From NCBI GenBank assembly GCA_902782445.1, contig CACZNC010000007.1, positions 12,292-76,291 of the forward strand: DNA of 64,000 nt, written 5' to 3'. This stretch comes from an uncultured Ruminococcus sp. GTDB taxonomy: Bacteria > Bacillota > Clostridia > Oscillospirales > CAG-272. Position 1 is the first letter of the stretch, and every line of letters begins with the position of its first letter. A model generated the notes under the pieces. That model saw only the letters and a program-made list of their open reading frames with translations, was not told where the DNA came from and searched no databases. A program made the position numbers and the translations under genes. Below, piece after piece: positions 55,045 to 63,102 of the stretch.

Positions 55045-56118
55045 ATGTCCGTCGGATCCGTCATTACCATCGTCATGCTTGTTTTCGCCCTGATCGGAGC
55101 GGCGGACCGTGCGTTCGGATGCCGCTTCGGGCCGGGGAAATCCTTCGAGAAGGGGTTCGAGGCGTCGGGGGCCCTGATTTTGGCGATGATCGGTCCCTTC
55201 GCGCTGGCTCCCCTGATCGCCAAAATCGCCGCGCCCGTCCTCTCCCCGGTCTGCGAGGCCCTGGGGATCGACCCATCCGTGATCGCGGGCCTGCTTCTGG
55301 CGAACGATTCCGGGGGATGGCCTCTCGCGCTGGCTCTGGCGAAAGACCCGGAGATCGGGCGGTTCACGGGCTCCGTCATGGCGAGCACGATGGGATGCGC
55401 CGTCATGTTCGCCTTCCCCGCCGGATTCGCGCTGACGCCGAAGGAAAAGCGTCCCGCGGTGGCAAAGGGGCTTGCGGCGGGACTGGTGACGGTCCCCCTC
55501 GCCTGCTTCGTCAGCGGCCTGCTCTTCGGGATCGGGATCGGCCCGCTTTTGCGCAATCTGCTCCCTCTGATCCTCTTCTCCGCCCTCTTCGCCGCTGGAC
55601 TGCTCTTCTGCGAGCGGATCACCGTGAAGATCGTCACCGTGTTCGGGTATGCCCTCACCGCGATCCTCACCTTTGCGCTGGCGGCGGCGATGACCGTCAA
55701 GGTCCTCCGCCTGGACGTGCCGGATCTCGGGGCCTTCGACGACGGGATGCTCATCATCGGGGAGATCGTGATTTTCCTCGCCGGGGCCTTCACCCTTCTG
55801 TTCTTTCTCGAAAAAGCCTGCGGTGAGCTCTTCCGGCGGATCGGGGAGAAAACCGGGACGGACGCGGCTTCCGTGCTGGGGATCGTCACGACATCGGTCA
55901 ACGCGATCCCCGTGCTGGCCATGACAAAGGACATGAACGAGCGGGGCGTGGTGGTGAACATGGCGTATCTGGTCCCGGCCTCCTTCGTGATCGGGGATCA
56001 CCTCGCGTTCCAGCTGACCGCCGATCCCTCGACCGCCCTTCCGTTCATCGTCGGCAAGCTCGCCGGAGGAGCGGGGGCGATCGCGCTGGCGATGTTTCTG
56101 ACAAGAGAAAAAAAGTGA
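55045..56118 (+). CDS. eutH: EutH-family ethanolamine permease-like membrane protein (orphan, no eut operon nearby)
   Basis: 357 aa, polytopic. The N-terminus VITIVMLVFALIGAADRAFGCRFGPGKSFEKGFEASGALILAMIGPFALAPLIA resembles the EutH N-terminus as I recall it. Confidence 0.75.
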   Translation: MSVGSVITIVMLVFALIGAADRAFGCRFGPGKSFEKGFEASGALILAMIGPFALAPLIAKIAAPVLSPVCEALGIDPSVIAGLLLANDSGGWPLALALAKDPEIGRFTGSVMASTMGCAVMFAFPAGFALTPKEKRPAVAKGLAAGLVTVPLACFVSGLLFGIGIGPLLRNLLPLILFSALFAAGLLFCERITVKIVTVFGYALTAILTFALAAAMTVKVLRLDVPDLGAFDDGMLIIGEIVIFLAGAFTLLFFLEKACGELFRRIGEKTGTDAASVLGIVTTSVNAIPVLAMTKDMNERGVVVNMAYLVPASFVIGDHLAFQLTADPSTALPFIVGKLAGGAGAIALAMFLTREKK

Positions 56119-56432
56119 TGTTCTATCTCTTCTGAGGAGTTACGCGGCTTCTTTGAAAAGAAGCCTGGCAAGAAACTTCAATTGGGGTAGGGCATGGCTG
56201 ACTCCATTTCGTTCAGTCTGTGTCCGCACACCAATATAGTTATCCAACCTTATCAGAGTTATCATTCGTGAGCTCACAATCATAGATTGTTCGCACTCTA
56301 CGGAGAGCGTTCAAAACCCATGAAGTCAGCTTCATAGAAAAAACAGTATGAGGGCGGCGGGACACGGGCGTTTCTCCCTCCGGCAGGATGCGGCTCTCAC
56401 TCAGTATGCGCGGAGTTTCCCAAAAGTAAACG
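56119..56432. other. ORF-free, visibly AT-richer ~310-nt segment with several hairpins (candidate ncRNA or relic of foreign DNA)
   Basis: No ORF of 60 aa or more on either strand, and stop codons are frequent in all frames. Hairpins at 56146-56165 (8 bp, UGAA loop), 56320-56335 and 56349-56399. Palindrome GTGAGCTCAC at 56268-56277. Direct repeat cagtatg at 56344 and 56402. Confidence 0.5.
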
Positions 56433-56473
56433 AAAAAGGGCTTTCCCGGTTCCGGTGACGGAGGGGAAGGCCC
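56433..56473 (-). terminator. Rho-independent terminator after the 94-aa gene
   Basis: On the minus strand: GGGCCTTCCC-(16 nt)-GGGAAAGCCC followed by TTTTT. Confidence 0.75.
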
Positions 56474-56486
56474 TGTTTAGTTGGTT

Positions 56487-56771
56487 TTATTCGTCGGATC
56501 CGTCCCGGTCGTCTCCCGAGTCGGATTCGGTTTCTTCTTCGGTCCCGATATCCTCTTCGATCTCGTCTTCTTCCGATCCGGCTCTCTTCCGGGCCTCGTC
56601 TTCGGCTTTGATCTGCTCTCTGGCGGCGGCGATGATCTGTTTCTTTTCCTCTTCGATGATGCGCTTCACGGCTTCGAAGGGGGTCACGTCGGGCATTCCG
56701 GTGTGGTCCTTCGGGCTGAGGCCTTTCTCTTTGGTCTTTTTCAACAGACGCTGGACTCTGCGGTCGCGCAT
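56487..56771 (-). CDS. Small highly charged hypothetical protein (94 aa, basic N-terminal half, acidic Glu/Asp/Ser tail)
   Basis: Strong RBS AAAGGAGGAGG 7 nt before the ATG. The Lys/Glu-rich composition is unlike a GC-driven artefact. It lies 46 nt downstream of the CapD-like gene and is followed by a terminator. Confidence 0.6.
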   Translation of the reverse strand: MRDRRVQRLLKKTKEKGLSPKDHTGMPDVTPFEAVKRIIEEEKKQIIAAAREQIKAEDEARKRAGSEEDEIEEDIGTEEETESDSGDDRDGSDE

Positions 56772-56817
56772 ACGGCGTTCCTCCTCCTTTCGCGCGGAAT
56801 TCCGGGAAGCGGGAAGA

Positions 56818-58767
56818 TCAGGCGGGATGATAGGTCGAGACGATCTCGCCGATCCTGTCGCGGATCTCGTCCTCCCGGTTGGCGTAGGCCGTTTCCATCA
56901 GTTCTCCCAGTTTGCCGAGGAAGACATCGGTGTCGAAGGGGATGGGGTTGCCGATGTGGATGAGGTCGTTTTCCGTCCGTCTGAGACCCTCCTCCGCCAT
57001 GAGCTTTTCCTCGAAGAGCTTTTCGCCCGGCCGCAGCCCCGTGTATTCGATGCGGATATCGACGTCCGGTTTCAGGCCGCTCAGCTTGATGAGGTTGCGC
57101 GCGAGGGTGTCGATCTTCACGGGGCTGCCCATGTCGAGCACGAAGATCTCCCCGCCGCCCGCGTATGTTCCCGCCTGCAGCACGAGCCGCACCGCCTCGG
57201 GGATCGTCATGAAATAGCGGACGATATCGGGATGGGTGACGGTGACGGGTCCGCCCTCTTCGATCTGACGGCGGAAGATCGGGATCACCGAGCCGTTGGA
57301 GCCGAGGACGTTCCCAAACCGGACCGCGACGAATTCGGTCTTGCAGTTCTCCCAGTCGTAGACCTTGTGCTTCATGTTTGTCCCGTCCTCGTGGGTGAAG
57401 AGCTGGGGAAGCTCGTTCGCGCGGCCCTCCTTGATCTTCGAGGCAAAGGACTGGATGATCATTTCGCAGAGCCGCTTCGACGCGCCCATGACGTTGGTGG
57501 GGTTGACCGCCTTGTCGGTGGAAATGAGGACGAAGCGCTTGGTGCCGTGGACCATCGCGGCATAAGCGGTCTTATAGGTGCCGATGGCGTTGTTCTTGAT
57601 CGCCTCGCAGGGGCTGTCCTCCATCAGGGGAACATGCTTGTGGGCCGCGGCGTGGTAGACGATCTCGGGACGGTAGGTGCGGAAGACACCGAACATGCGG
57701 CGGCTGTCCCGCACGGATCCGATCAGGACGACGAGGTCGAGGTCGGGATATTTCTTTTTCAGCTCCAGCTGGATGGCGTAGGCGTTGTTCTCGTAAATAT
57801 CGAAGATGATGAGCTGCTTCGGGCTGTGCTCCGCGATCTGGCGGCAGAGCTCGGAGCCGATGGACCCGCCGCCTCCCGTCACCATGACGACCTTGCCGCT
57901 GATGAACCGGAAGACCTCCTCCATATCCGGGCGGATGGGCTCCCGTCCAAGGAGGTCCTCGATGGCCACGTTCTTCATGGAGGACACGGAGATATCGCCC
58001 AGCACGAACTGGTAGAGTCCGGGGAGGTTTTTCAGCTCGCATCCGGTCTCCTTGCAGATATTCAGAATATCCCGTCTTGCTTCGGCGGTGGCGGAGGGGA
58101 TGGCGAGGTAGATCTTGTCGACACTGTACTTGTCCGCGGCGGACAGGATGTCGTCCCGTCCCCCGATGATCGGAACGCCGTCTATGTAGCGGTTCCACTT
58201 GTTCGGGTCGTCGTCGATCATGCAGACCACCCGGTCGTGGACGGATTCGGTTTTGCGGATATCGCGCAGGATCATCTGTCCCGCCGCGCCCGCTCCGATG
58301 ATCATGACGTTGGAACGACGGGTCTTCTCTCCCCCTCCCCGGCGCTCCCGGATCAAAAGGAGGAAGCGGTAGGCAAAGCGGAATCCGATGACACAGATCA
58401 GCTGGAGAAGCGCTCCGATCAGGTGATAGGACGCCGGCATCCGGGCAAAGAGCAGGGTGATCCCGAGAAGGTGCGCCGCCGCCGTGATGAGGCAGGAGAC
58501 CACGGCCCGGGCGAGCTCGTCGTAGGATGCGTACCGCCAGAGGCTGTGGTACAGGCGGAACAGCCAGAACACGACCACGCAGACGACGGTGTAGATCGGC
58601 GTGAACTTCATCCATGCCGAGAGATAGTTCTGGGGGATGCTGGAATAATGCAGATCGAACCTCAGCCAGAGGGCGGTGAAATAGGACAGGTTCACGGAGA
58701 GCACGTCCAGAAACAGCAGCAGCACCGCTATTCTGTGCCAGGGCTCGAAATGAAACTTCTTTTTCAT
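56818..58767 (-). CDS. CapD/PglF/WbpM-like membrane-anchored polysaccharide biosynthesis protein (NDP-sugar 4,6-dehydratase/epimerase)
   Basis: 649 aa. 4-5 N-terminal TM helices and two Rossmann motifs (IIGAGAAGQMI and VMVTGGGGSIGSELCRQI). Also AAAHKHVPLME and MGASKRLCE. Confidence 0.88.
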   Translation of the reverse strand: MKKKFHFEPWHRIAVLLLFLDVLSVNLSYFTALWLRFDLHYSSIPQNYLSAWMKFTPIYTVVCVVVFWLFRLYHSLWRYASYDELARAVVSCLITAAAHLLGITLLFARMPASYHLIGALLQLICVIGFRFAYRFLLLIRERRGGGEKTRRSNVMIIGAGAAGQMILRDIRKTESVHDRVVCMIDDDPNKWNRYIDGVPIIGGRDDILSAADKYSVDKIYLAIPSATAEARRDILNICKETGCELKNLPGLYQFVLGDISVSSMKNVAIEDLLGREPIRPDMEEVFRFISGKVVMVTGGGGSIGSELCRQIAEHSPKQLIIFDIYENNAYAIQLELKKKYPDLDLVVLIGSVRDSRRMFGVFRTYRPEIVYHAAAHKHVPLMEDSPCEAIKNNAIGTYKTAYAAMVHGTKRFVLISTDKAVNPTNVMGASKRLCEMIIQSFASKIKEGRANELPQLFTHEDGTNMKHKVYDWENCKTEFVAVRFGNVLGSNGSVIPIFRRQIEEGGPVTVTHPDIVRYFMTIPEAVRLVLQAGTYAGGGEIFVLDMGSPVKIDTLARNLIKLSGLKPDVDIRIEYTGLRPGEKLFEEKLMAEEGLRRTENDLIHIGNPIPFDTDVFLGKLGELMETAYANREDEIRDRIGEIVSTYHPA

Positions 58768-58874
58768 GATCGCAGGTCTCGCTTCCGATAAATCCCGAAG
58801 GATGCTTTACGCCGCGGCAGGCACGGGGAGACGGCGGGACCCGAATCGAACGAATCCCGCAGAATCTCATTTTC

Positions 58875-58903
58875 ATTATAGCACGATCCGGCGTGTCTGT
58901 CAA
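58875..58903 (-). promoter_or_regulatory. Consensus sigma-A promoter (TTGACA-17-TATAAT, TGc) for the CapD-like gene
   Basis: Reverse complement: TTGACA (58898-58903), 17-nt spacer, TATAAT (58875-58880). Confidence 0.7.
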
Positions 58904-58983
58904 GAACCCCGCAGTTTTTTGACTTTGCCGCGGAAACGGCGTTTTTTCGGCTTTTCTCCGCTTTTCTTTCCCTCCAGGACGTG

Positions 58984-59015
58984 AAAAAACCGCCGCAGAT
59001 TTTTGTCCGCGACGG
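58984..59015 (-). terminator. Rho-independent terminator ending the rpsB-tsf transcript
   Basis: On the minus strand: CCGTCGCGGA-caaaaa-TCTGCGGCGG (10 bp including 2 G-U pairs) followed by TTTTTT. Confidence 0.75.
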
Positions 59016-59058
59016 TTCGGGATATTCTGTTTTTCAGAGATCTTATACTAATTCCACA

Positions 59059-59138
59059 CAAAACCATTGCAAAAGGGTTTTGCGTGATCCTGAAAGTCAG
59101 AATGACTTTCAGGACAGTCTAAATCAATGATTTAGACT
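59059..59138 (-). other. AT-rich array of three hairpins in the tsf 3' end and 3' UTR
   Basis: Perfect stems: AGTCTAAATC/GATTTAGACT (59116-59138, 3-nt loop, contains the tsf TAA stop); CCTGAAAGTCA/TGACTTTCAGG (59089-59113, 3-nt loop); CAAAACC/GGTTTTG (59059-59082). An alternative pairing exists between 59032-59042 and 59086-59095. Confidence 0.7.
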
Positions 59139-59938
59139 GGGTAGGCGCCGACGGTGATGCTGTCTTCCTTGACGTACTTCTGCTCGGTCAGGCAGACTCT
59201 CTCGTAGAAGGAACCCATTCTGCCGTCCACGATCTTATGGAGGATGGCGTCGGGCTTGTTGGCGTTCTTTTCGTCGTTCTTGAGCTGGGCGACGAGGATC
59301 TCGCGCTCTTCGTTGATGGCGGCTTCGGGAACGTCCGCGACGGTGACGTAGGTCGGAGGCGTGCCGGCGGCGATCTGGAGGCAGATGTTCTTCGCGTACT
59401 CGGCGAATTCGGGCTTCCCGGCGGTCTCGGCGTCGGTGTCAAACTTCACGATAACGCCGGCGATGCCGCCGCCGTGGATATAGGTGGAGGTGATGCCGTC
59501 GACGATGACGAAGCGGCGGATGTTCATGTTCTCGCCGATGGTGAAGATCATGTCTTTCAGCTTGGCTTCGACGGTCTCGAAATCGGCGTCGTAGCGGAGA
59601 GCCTTGAGAGCTTCCACGTCGGCCGGTCTGTTCTCGACGATGACCTTCAGGATATTGCGGACGAATTCCTTGAAGGTGGCGTTCTTCGCGACGAAGTCGG
59701 TCTCGGCGTTGACTTCGATCATGGCGGTGACGCCGTTCTCGGAGAGGATGTCCACCACGCCTTCGGAAGCGATTCTGCCGGCCTTCTTGTCAGCCTTGGA
59801 GAGGCCCTTCTCGCGCAGGACCTTGATCGCCTCGTCGAAATTGCCCTCGGTCTCCACGAGCGCCTTCTTGCAGTCCATCATGCCCGCGCCGGTCATGGAG
59901 CGGAGCTCGTTTACCATTTTCGCTGTGATTGCTGCCAT
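59132..59938 (-). CDS. tsf: Translation elongation factor Ts (268 aa, apparently lacking the canonical C-terminal segment)
   Basis: MAAITAKMVNELRSMTGAGMMDCKKALVETEGNFDEAIKVLREKG (UBA-like N-domain) and ETDFVAKN. It ends ...KYVKEDSITVGAYPV-stop. The usual V..F.R.E.GEGIEK tail was not found. Confidence 0.9.
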   Translation of the reverse strand: MAAITAKMVNELRSMTGAGMMDCKKALVETEGNFDEAIKVLREKGLSKADKKAGRIASEGVVDILSENGVTAMIEVNAETDFVAKNATFKEFVRNILKVIVENRPADVEALKALRYDADFETVEAKLKDMIFTIGENMNIRRFVIVDGITSTYIHGGGIAGVIVKFDTDAETAGKPEFAEYAKNICLQIAAGTPPTYVTVADVPEAAINEEREILVAQLKNDEKNANKPDAILHKIVDGRMGSFYERVCLTEQKYVKEDSITVGAYPV

Positions 59939-59982
59939 TTCTCTTTACTCCTGTATCTGTATGATCTTATAGTTCCCGTATC

Positions 59983-60744
59983 TTATTTCGCGTTTTTCGC
60001 GTCGAGCTCGTCCTGCTCGTCCTCGGCCTTCTGCAGTTCGGGTTCGGCGGCGTTCAGCTGTTCGCCCTGCTTGCCTTCGAGAACCGCGTCGGCGATGATG
60101 GAGGTGATGAGACGGATGCCGCGGATGGCGTCGTCGTTGCCGGGGATGATATAGTCGGCGTCGTCAGGGTCGCAGTTGGTGTCCACGATGGCGACGACCG
60201 GAATGCCGAGCTTCTTGCATTCGAGAACGGCGTTGTGCTCCTTGCGGGGGTCGACGATGAACACGGCGGAGGGAAGGCCTCTCATGCCCTTGATGCCGCC
60301 GAGGTTCTTTTCGAGGTTGAAGATCTCTTTCTGGAGAGCGGCGACTTCCTTCTTGGGAAGCATGTCAAAGGTGCCGTCTTCCTGCATCTTCTCGAGGGAA
60401 CGGAGTCTCTCGATGGAGGAGCGGATGGTCTTGTAGTTGGTCAGCATACCGCCGAGCCAGCGGACATTGACATAGTGCATGCCGCAGCGCTCCGCTTCTT
60501 CGCGGATGGTGTCCGCCGCCTGCTTCTTGGTGCCGACGAAGAGAATGGTGCCGCCCTCTTCGGTGGCTTCGCGGACGAACATGTAGGCTTCTTCGAACTT
60601 CTTGATGGTCTTCTGCAGGTCGATGATGTAGACGCCGTTGCGCTCGGTGAAGATATATTCCTTCATCTTCGGATTCCAGCGTCTGGTGTGGTGGCCGAAG
60701 TGGACGCCCGCTTCGAGCAGCTGCTTGATGGTGACGATTGCCAT
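59983..60744 (-). CDS. rpsB: 30S ribosomal protein S2
   Basis: ORF 59983..60780(-). Start reset to ATG 60744 (AGGAGG RBS). [27 protein letters not shown]. Confidence 0.96.
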   Translation of the reverse strand: MAIVTIKQLLEAGVHFGHHTRRWNPKMKEYIFTERNGVYIIDLQKTIKKFEEAYMFVREATEEGGTILFVGTKKQAADTIREEAERCGMHYVNVRWLGGMLTNYKTIRSSIERLRSLEKMQEDGTFDMLPKKEVAALQKEIFNLEKNLGGIKGMRGLPSAVFIVDPRKEHNAVLECKKLGIPVVAIVDTNCDPDDADYIIPGNDDAIRGIRLITSIIADAVLEGKQGEQLNAAEPELQKAEDEQDELDAKNAK

Positions 60745-60958
60745 GAGTGTTTCCTCCTGAAATGGTTTGTGATCCACCATGCCGCAAAATCTGCCGCCCG
60801 TATTTTACGGAAGAGGGAGCAAGACCCGCGTCTTTTCTTCCGTCCATCCGGTCACGCCCTGCCCCTTTCGGGAACGGGTCGGGCCGTGAATTCGGCAACC
60901 GGGCAGATTCACACCGGCATGTGTGTAATATCGTATGCGCGGCGCGCACACAAGCGGT

Positions 60959-60987
60959 ATTATACCACAATCGGACGCCCTGTGCGC
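60959..60987 (-). promoter_or_regulatory. Extended -10 promoter candidate (TGgTATAAT, weak -35, AT-rich upstream element) for rpsB-tsf
   Basis: Reverse complement of 60959-60964 is TATAAT, preceded by TGg. The AT-rich stretch at 60991-61013 could act as an UP element. It implies a leader of about 200 nt. Confidence 0.5.
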
Positions 60988-61013
60988 GGGATCTGATCGA
61001 ATTTACATATTAT

Positions 61014-61319
61014 TTACAATTTCAGAAACCCGATGCGGTGCCGGGAATCGGATTTCTCCTTATCCGCGGGCTTCCCGTCCCCGCCGCAGGGGATCCGCAC
61101 GAGAATGGCGTCCTCCCCGAGGCATACGATATCCGACCAGGGGATCCGGCGTCCTTCCTTCCCTCCCCCGAACAGAGCGGACCAGCCGGACGTGACCCGG
61201 ATCGCGAGGATCTTACCAGAGGTCCCGTCGATTTCGAGATCGCCGAGGGTCCCGATCCGCTTGCCCGTACATACGTCGATCACATCCCGTTCTCTGAGGG
61301 ACGAAAGACTGACCACCAT
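61014..61319 (-). CDS. ylmC: YlmC/YmxH family sporulation protein (PRC-barrel)
   Basis: SLSSLRERDVIDVCTGKRIGTLGDLEIDGTSGKILAIRV...IPWSDIVCLGEDAILV. Confidence 0.85.
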   Translation of the reverse strand: MVVSLSSLRERDVIDVCTGKRIGTLGDLEIDGTSGKILAIRVTSGWSALFGGGKEGRRIPWSDIVCLGEDAILVRIPCGGDGKPADKEKSDSRHRIGFLKL

Positions 61320-61385
61320 ATCCGCCTCCGACGCGCCGATATGTTACCGGGAAAGGATATGCGCGGCGGCGGGGATTCATGCAGG

Positions 61386-62801
61386 TCAGAAGATATAATA
61401 GATGAAGGGGTTGAAGGAGGAAGAGGCGAGGGTCAGCACGCAGAGGACGAAGAGCGGGACCGAAATGCAGAACTCCGCCGCGCTCCATCCCTTATCGTGC
61501 CCGGCGCGGGCCATCCTTTCCCGGATCGCGGGAAGCAGGGGAGCGGACAGGACGACGCCGCAGAGCAGAACGGTCAGGGTCCACGGGGTGAGCATCGCGC
61601 CGATCCCTTCCCCGCCCCGGAACGAGAACATCGCCGCGAGGAAGGAGAAGCCGCGTCCGACGCTCTCCGCCCGGAACATCACGAATCCGACGGCGACGGC
61701 CAGCAGGGCATAGATCCGCGTGAGAGGCCGGAACGCGCGCTTTTCCGTCAGCTTTTCAAAACGCGTCACCCGCTCGAACATCATGAGGGTCCCGTGCCAG
61801 AGGCCCCAGAGAATGTAGGTGAAGTCCGCCCCGTGCCAGAGACCCGTGAGGAAGAAGACGAGATAGCGGTTGACAACGGTCCGCGCCGCCCCTTTCCGGT
61901 TCCCGCCGAGGGGGATGTACACATAGGAGCGGAACCAGTTCGTCAGCGAGATATGCCACCGCTTCCAGAAATCCCGGACGCTGACCGCTGAGTACGGATA
62001 GTTGAAATTCTCCCCGATGCGGAAGCCGAAGAGCGCGGCCAGTCCCACCGCCATGTCGGAATAGCCGGAAAAGTCGAAATAGATCTGGAGGCAGTAGGCG
62101 GCGGCTCCGATCCACGCGAGTCCCGAGGAGGGAGACGAAGATCCGAAGGCGGCGTCCGCGAGTACGGCGGCGGTGTTCGAGACGATCAGCTTTTTCGAGA
62201 GGCCGTAAACGAACCGCCGGATCCCGAGGGCAGTCCCCTCCGCCGTGACGGTCCGGGATTCCAGCTGGGCGCGGATCTCGTTGTAGGTCACGATGGGACC
62301 GGCAATGAGCTGGGGGAAGAAGGAGATATAGAGCAGGACCCGGAACCAGTTCTTCTGCGCCTCCGCCTCCCCCCGGGCCACGTCGAGGACGTAGGACAGG
62401 ATCTGGAAGGTGTAGAACGAAATGCCGATGGGCATGGTGAATCCCGGGACCGGCAGGGAGAGCGAAAATCCCCTGTTGACAAGGGTGACGAGCCACGGGA
62501 CGTACTTGAAGAAGGCGAGCATCCCGAGGTTGAGGATCACAGCGGCGGTCACGAGGGCTTTTTTCGTCTTCGCCCTTCCGCGAGAATCCGCGCGGGAGAC
62601 GAGAAGAGCCGCGGCGTAGTTGACCGTCACCGAGGCCAGCATGAGCAGGATGTAGACGGGCTCCCCGTAGGCGTAGAACACAAGGCTCGCGATCCCGAGT
62701 AGAATGTTGCGCGCGCCGGTCTTCGAGGGGGGGATCAGCGTGTGCAGGATCCAGACGGCGGGGAGAAAGAGAAAGAGGAACACAGCGGATGAAAAGACCA
62801 T
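61386..62801 (-). CDS. MBOAT family O-acyltransferase (AlgI/DltB/PatA-like)
   Basis: ORF 61386..62879(-). Start reset to ATG 62801 (MVFSSAVFLFLFLP). The conserved-His region is FWKRWHISLTNWFRSYVYIPLGGNR, followed by FLTGLWHG. Confidence 0.88.
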   Translation of the reverse strand: MVFSSAVFLFLFLPAVWILHTLIPPSKTGARNILLGIASLVFYAYGEPVYILLMLASVTVNYAAALLVSRADSRGRAKTKKALVTAAVILNLGMLAFFKYVPWLVTLVNRGFSLSLPVPGFTMPIGISFYTFQILSYVLDVARGEAEAQKNWFRVLLYISFFPQLIAGPIVTYNEIRAQLESRTVTAEGTALGIRRFVYGLSKKLIVSNTAAVLADAAFGSSSPSSGLAWIGAAAYCLQIYFDFSGYSDMAVGLAALFGFRIGENFNYPYSAVSVRDFWKRWHISLTNWFRSYVYIPLGGNRKGAARTVVNRYLVFFLTGLWHGADFTYILWGLWHGTLMMFERVTRFEKLTEKRAFRPLTRIYALLAVAVGFVMFRAESVGRGFSFLAAMFSFRGGEGIGAMLTPWTLTVLLCGVVLSAPLLPAIRERMARAGHDKGWSAAEFCISVPLFVLCVLTLASSSFNPFIYYIF

Positions 62802-63000
62802 ACCGTTCCTTCCGTAGTCGTCAGAATGGAGTCCCCTTATTCTACCGTATTTTCCCGCGGATTGCAAGTCTTTCGGCAAAATCGGCGAAGAAAGGGTTTT
62901 TCACGGACTTCCGGGATCCGCGGGACTTCACAGCGCGGCCGTTTTCGGAAAAGAAAACCGGATTCGACCAGGATCCTTTCATTTTTTTACTCGGTTTATA

Positions 63001-63030
63001 TTTACAAAAAGCCGGGTCGTCCTGTATAAT
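63001..63030 (+). promoter_or_regulatory. sigma-A type promoter (TTTACA-18-TATAAT) for the GH4 gene
   Basis: TTTACA at 63001-63006 and TATAAT at 63025-63030. Confidence 0.55.
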
Positions 63031-63102
63031 AGGGACAGGGGATCGGGATCGGCGCAGACTTTTGACGGATCCCGCCCAATCACGGAAGGGAGAACCGGAA
63101 CT

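Noticed and set aside
56119-56432. Tested the AT-rich segment as tmRNA, RNase P RNA, SRP RNA, or a T-box/known riboswitch
   Set aside because: I found no GGGG...tRNA-like ends or TCCACCA (tmRNA), no GAGGAAAGTCC-type core (RNase P), and no SRP GGAA/AGCA domain-IV motif. There is also no downstream gene in either orientation for a cis-regulator. It is kept only as an unclassified candidate.
61390-61400. TATAAT hexamer on the plus strand near 61394
   Set aside because: It lies in the last codons of the MBOAT gene (encoding ...PFIYYIF). It has no -35 element and no downstream plus-strand gene.
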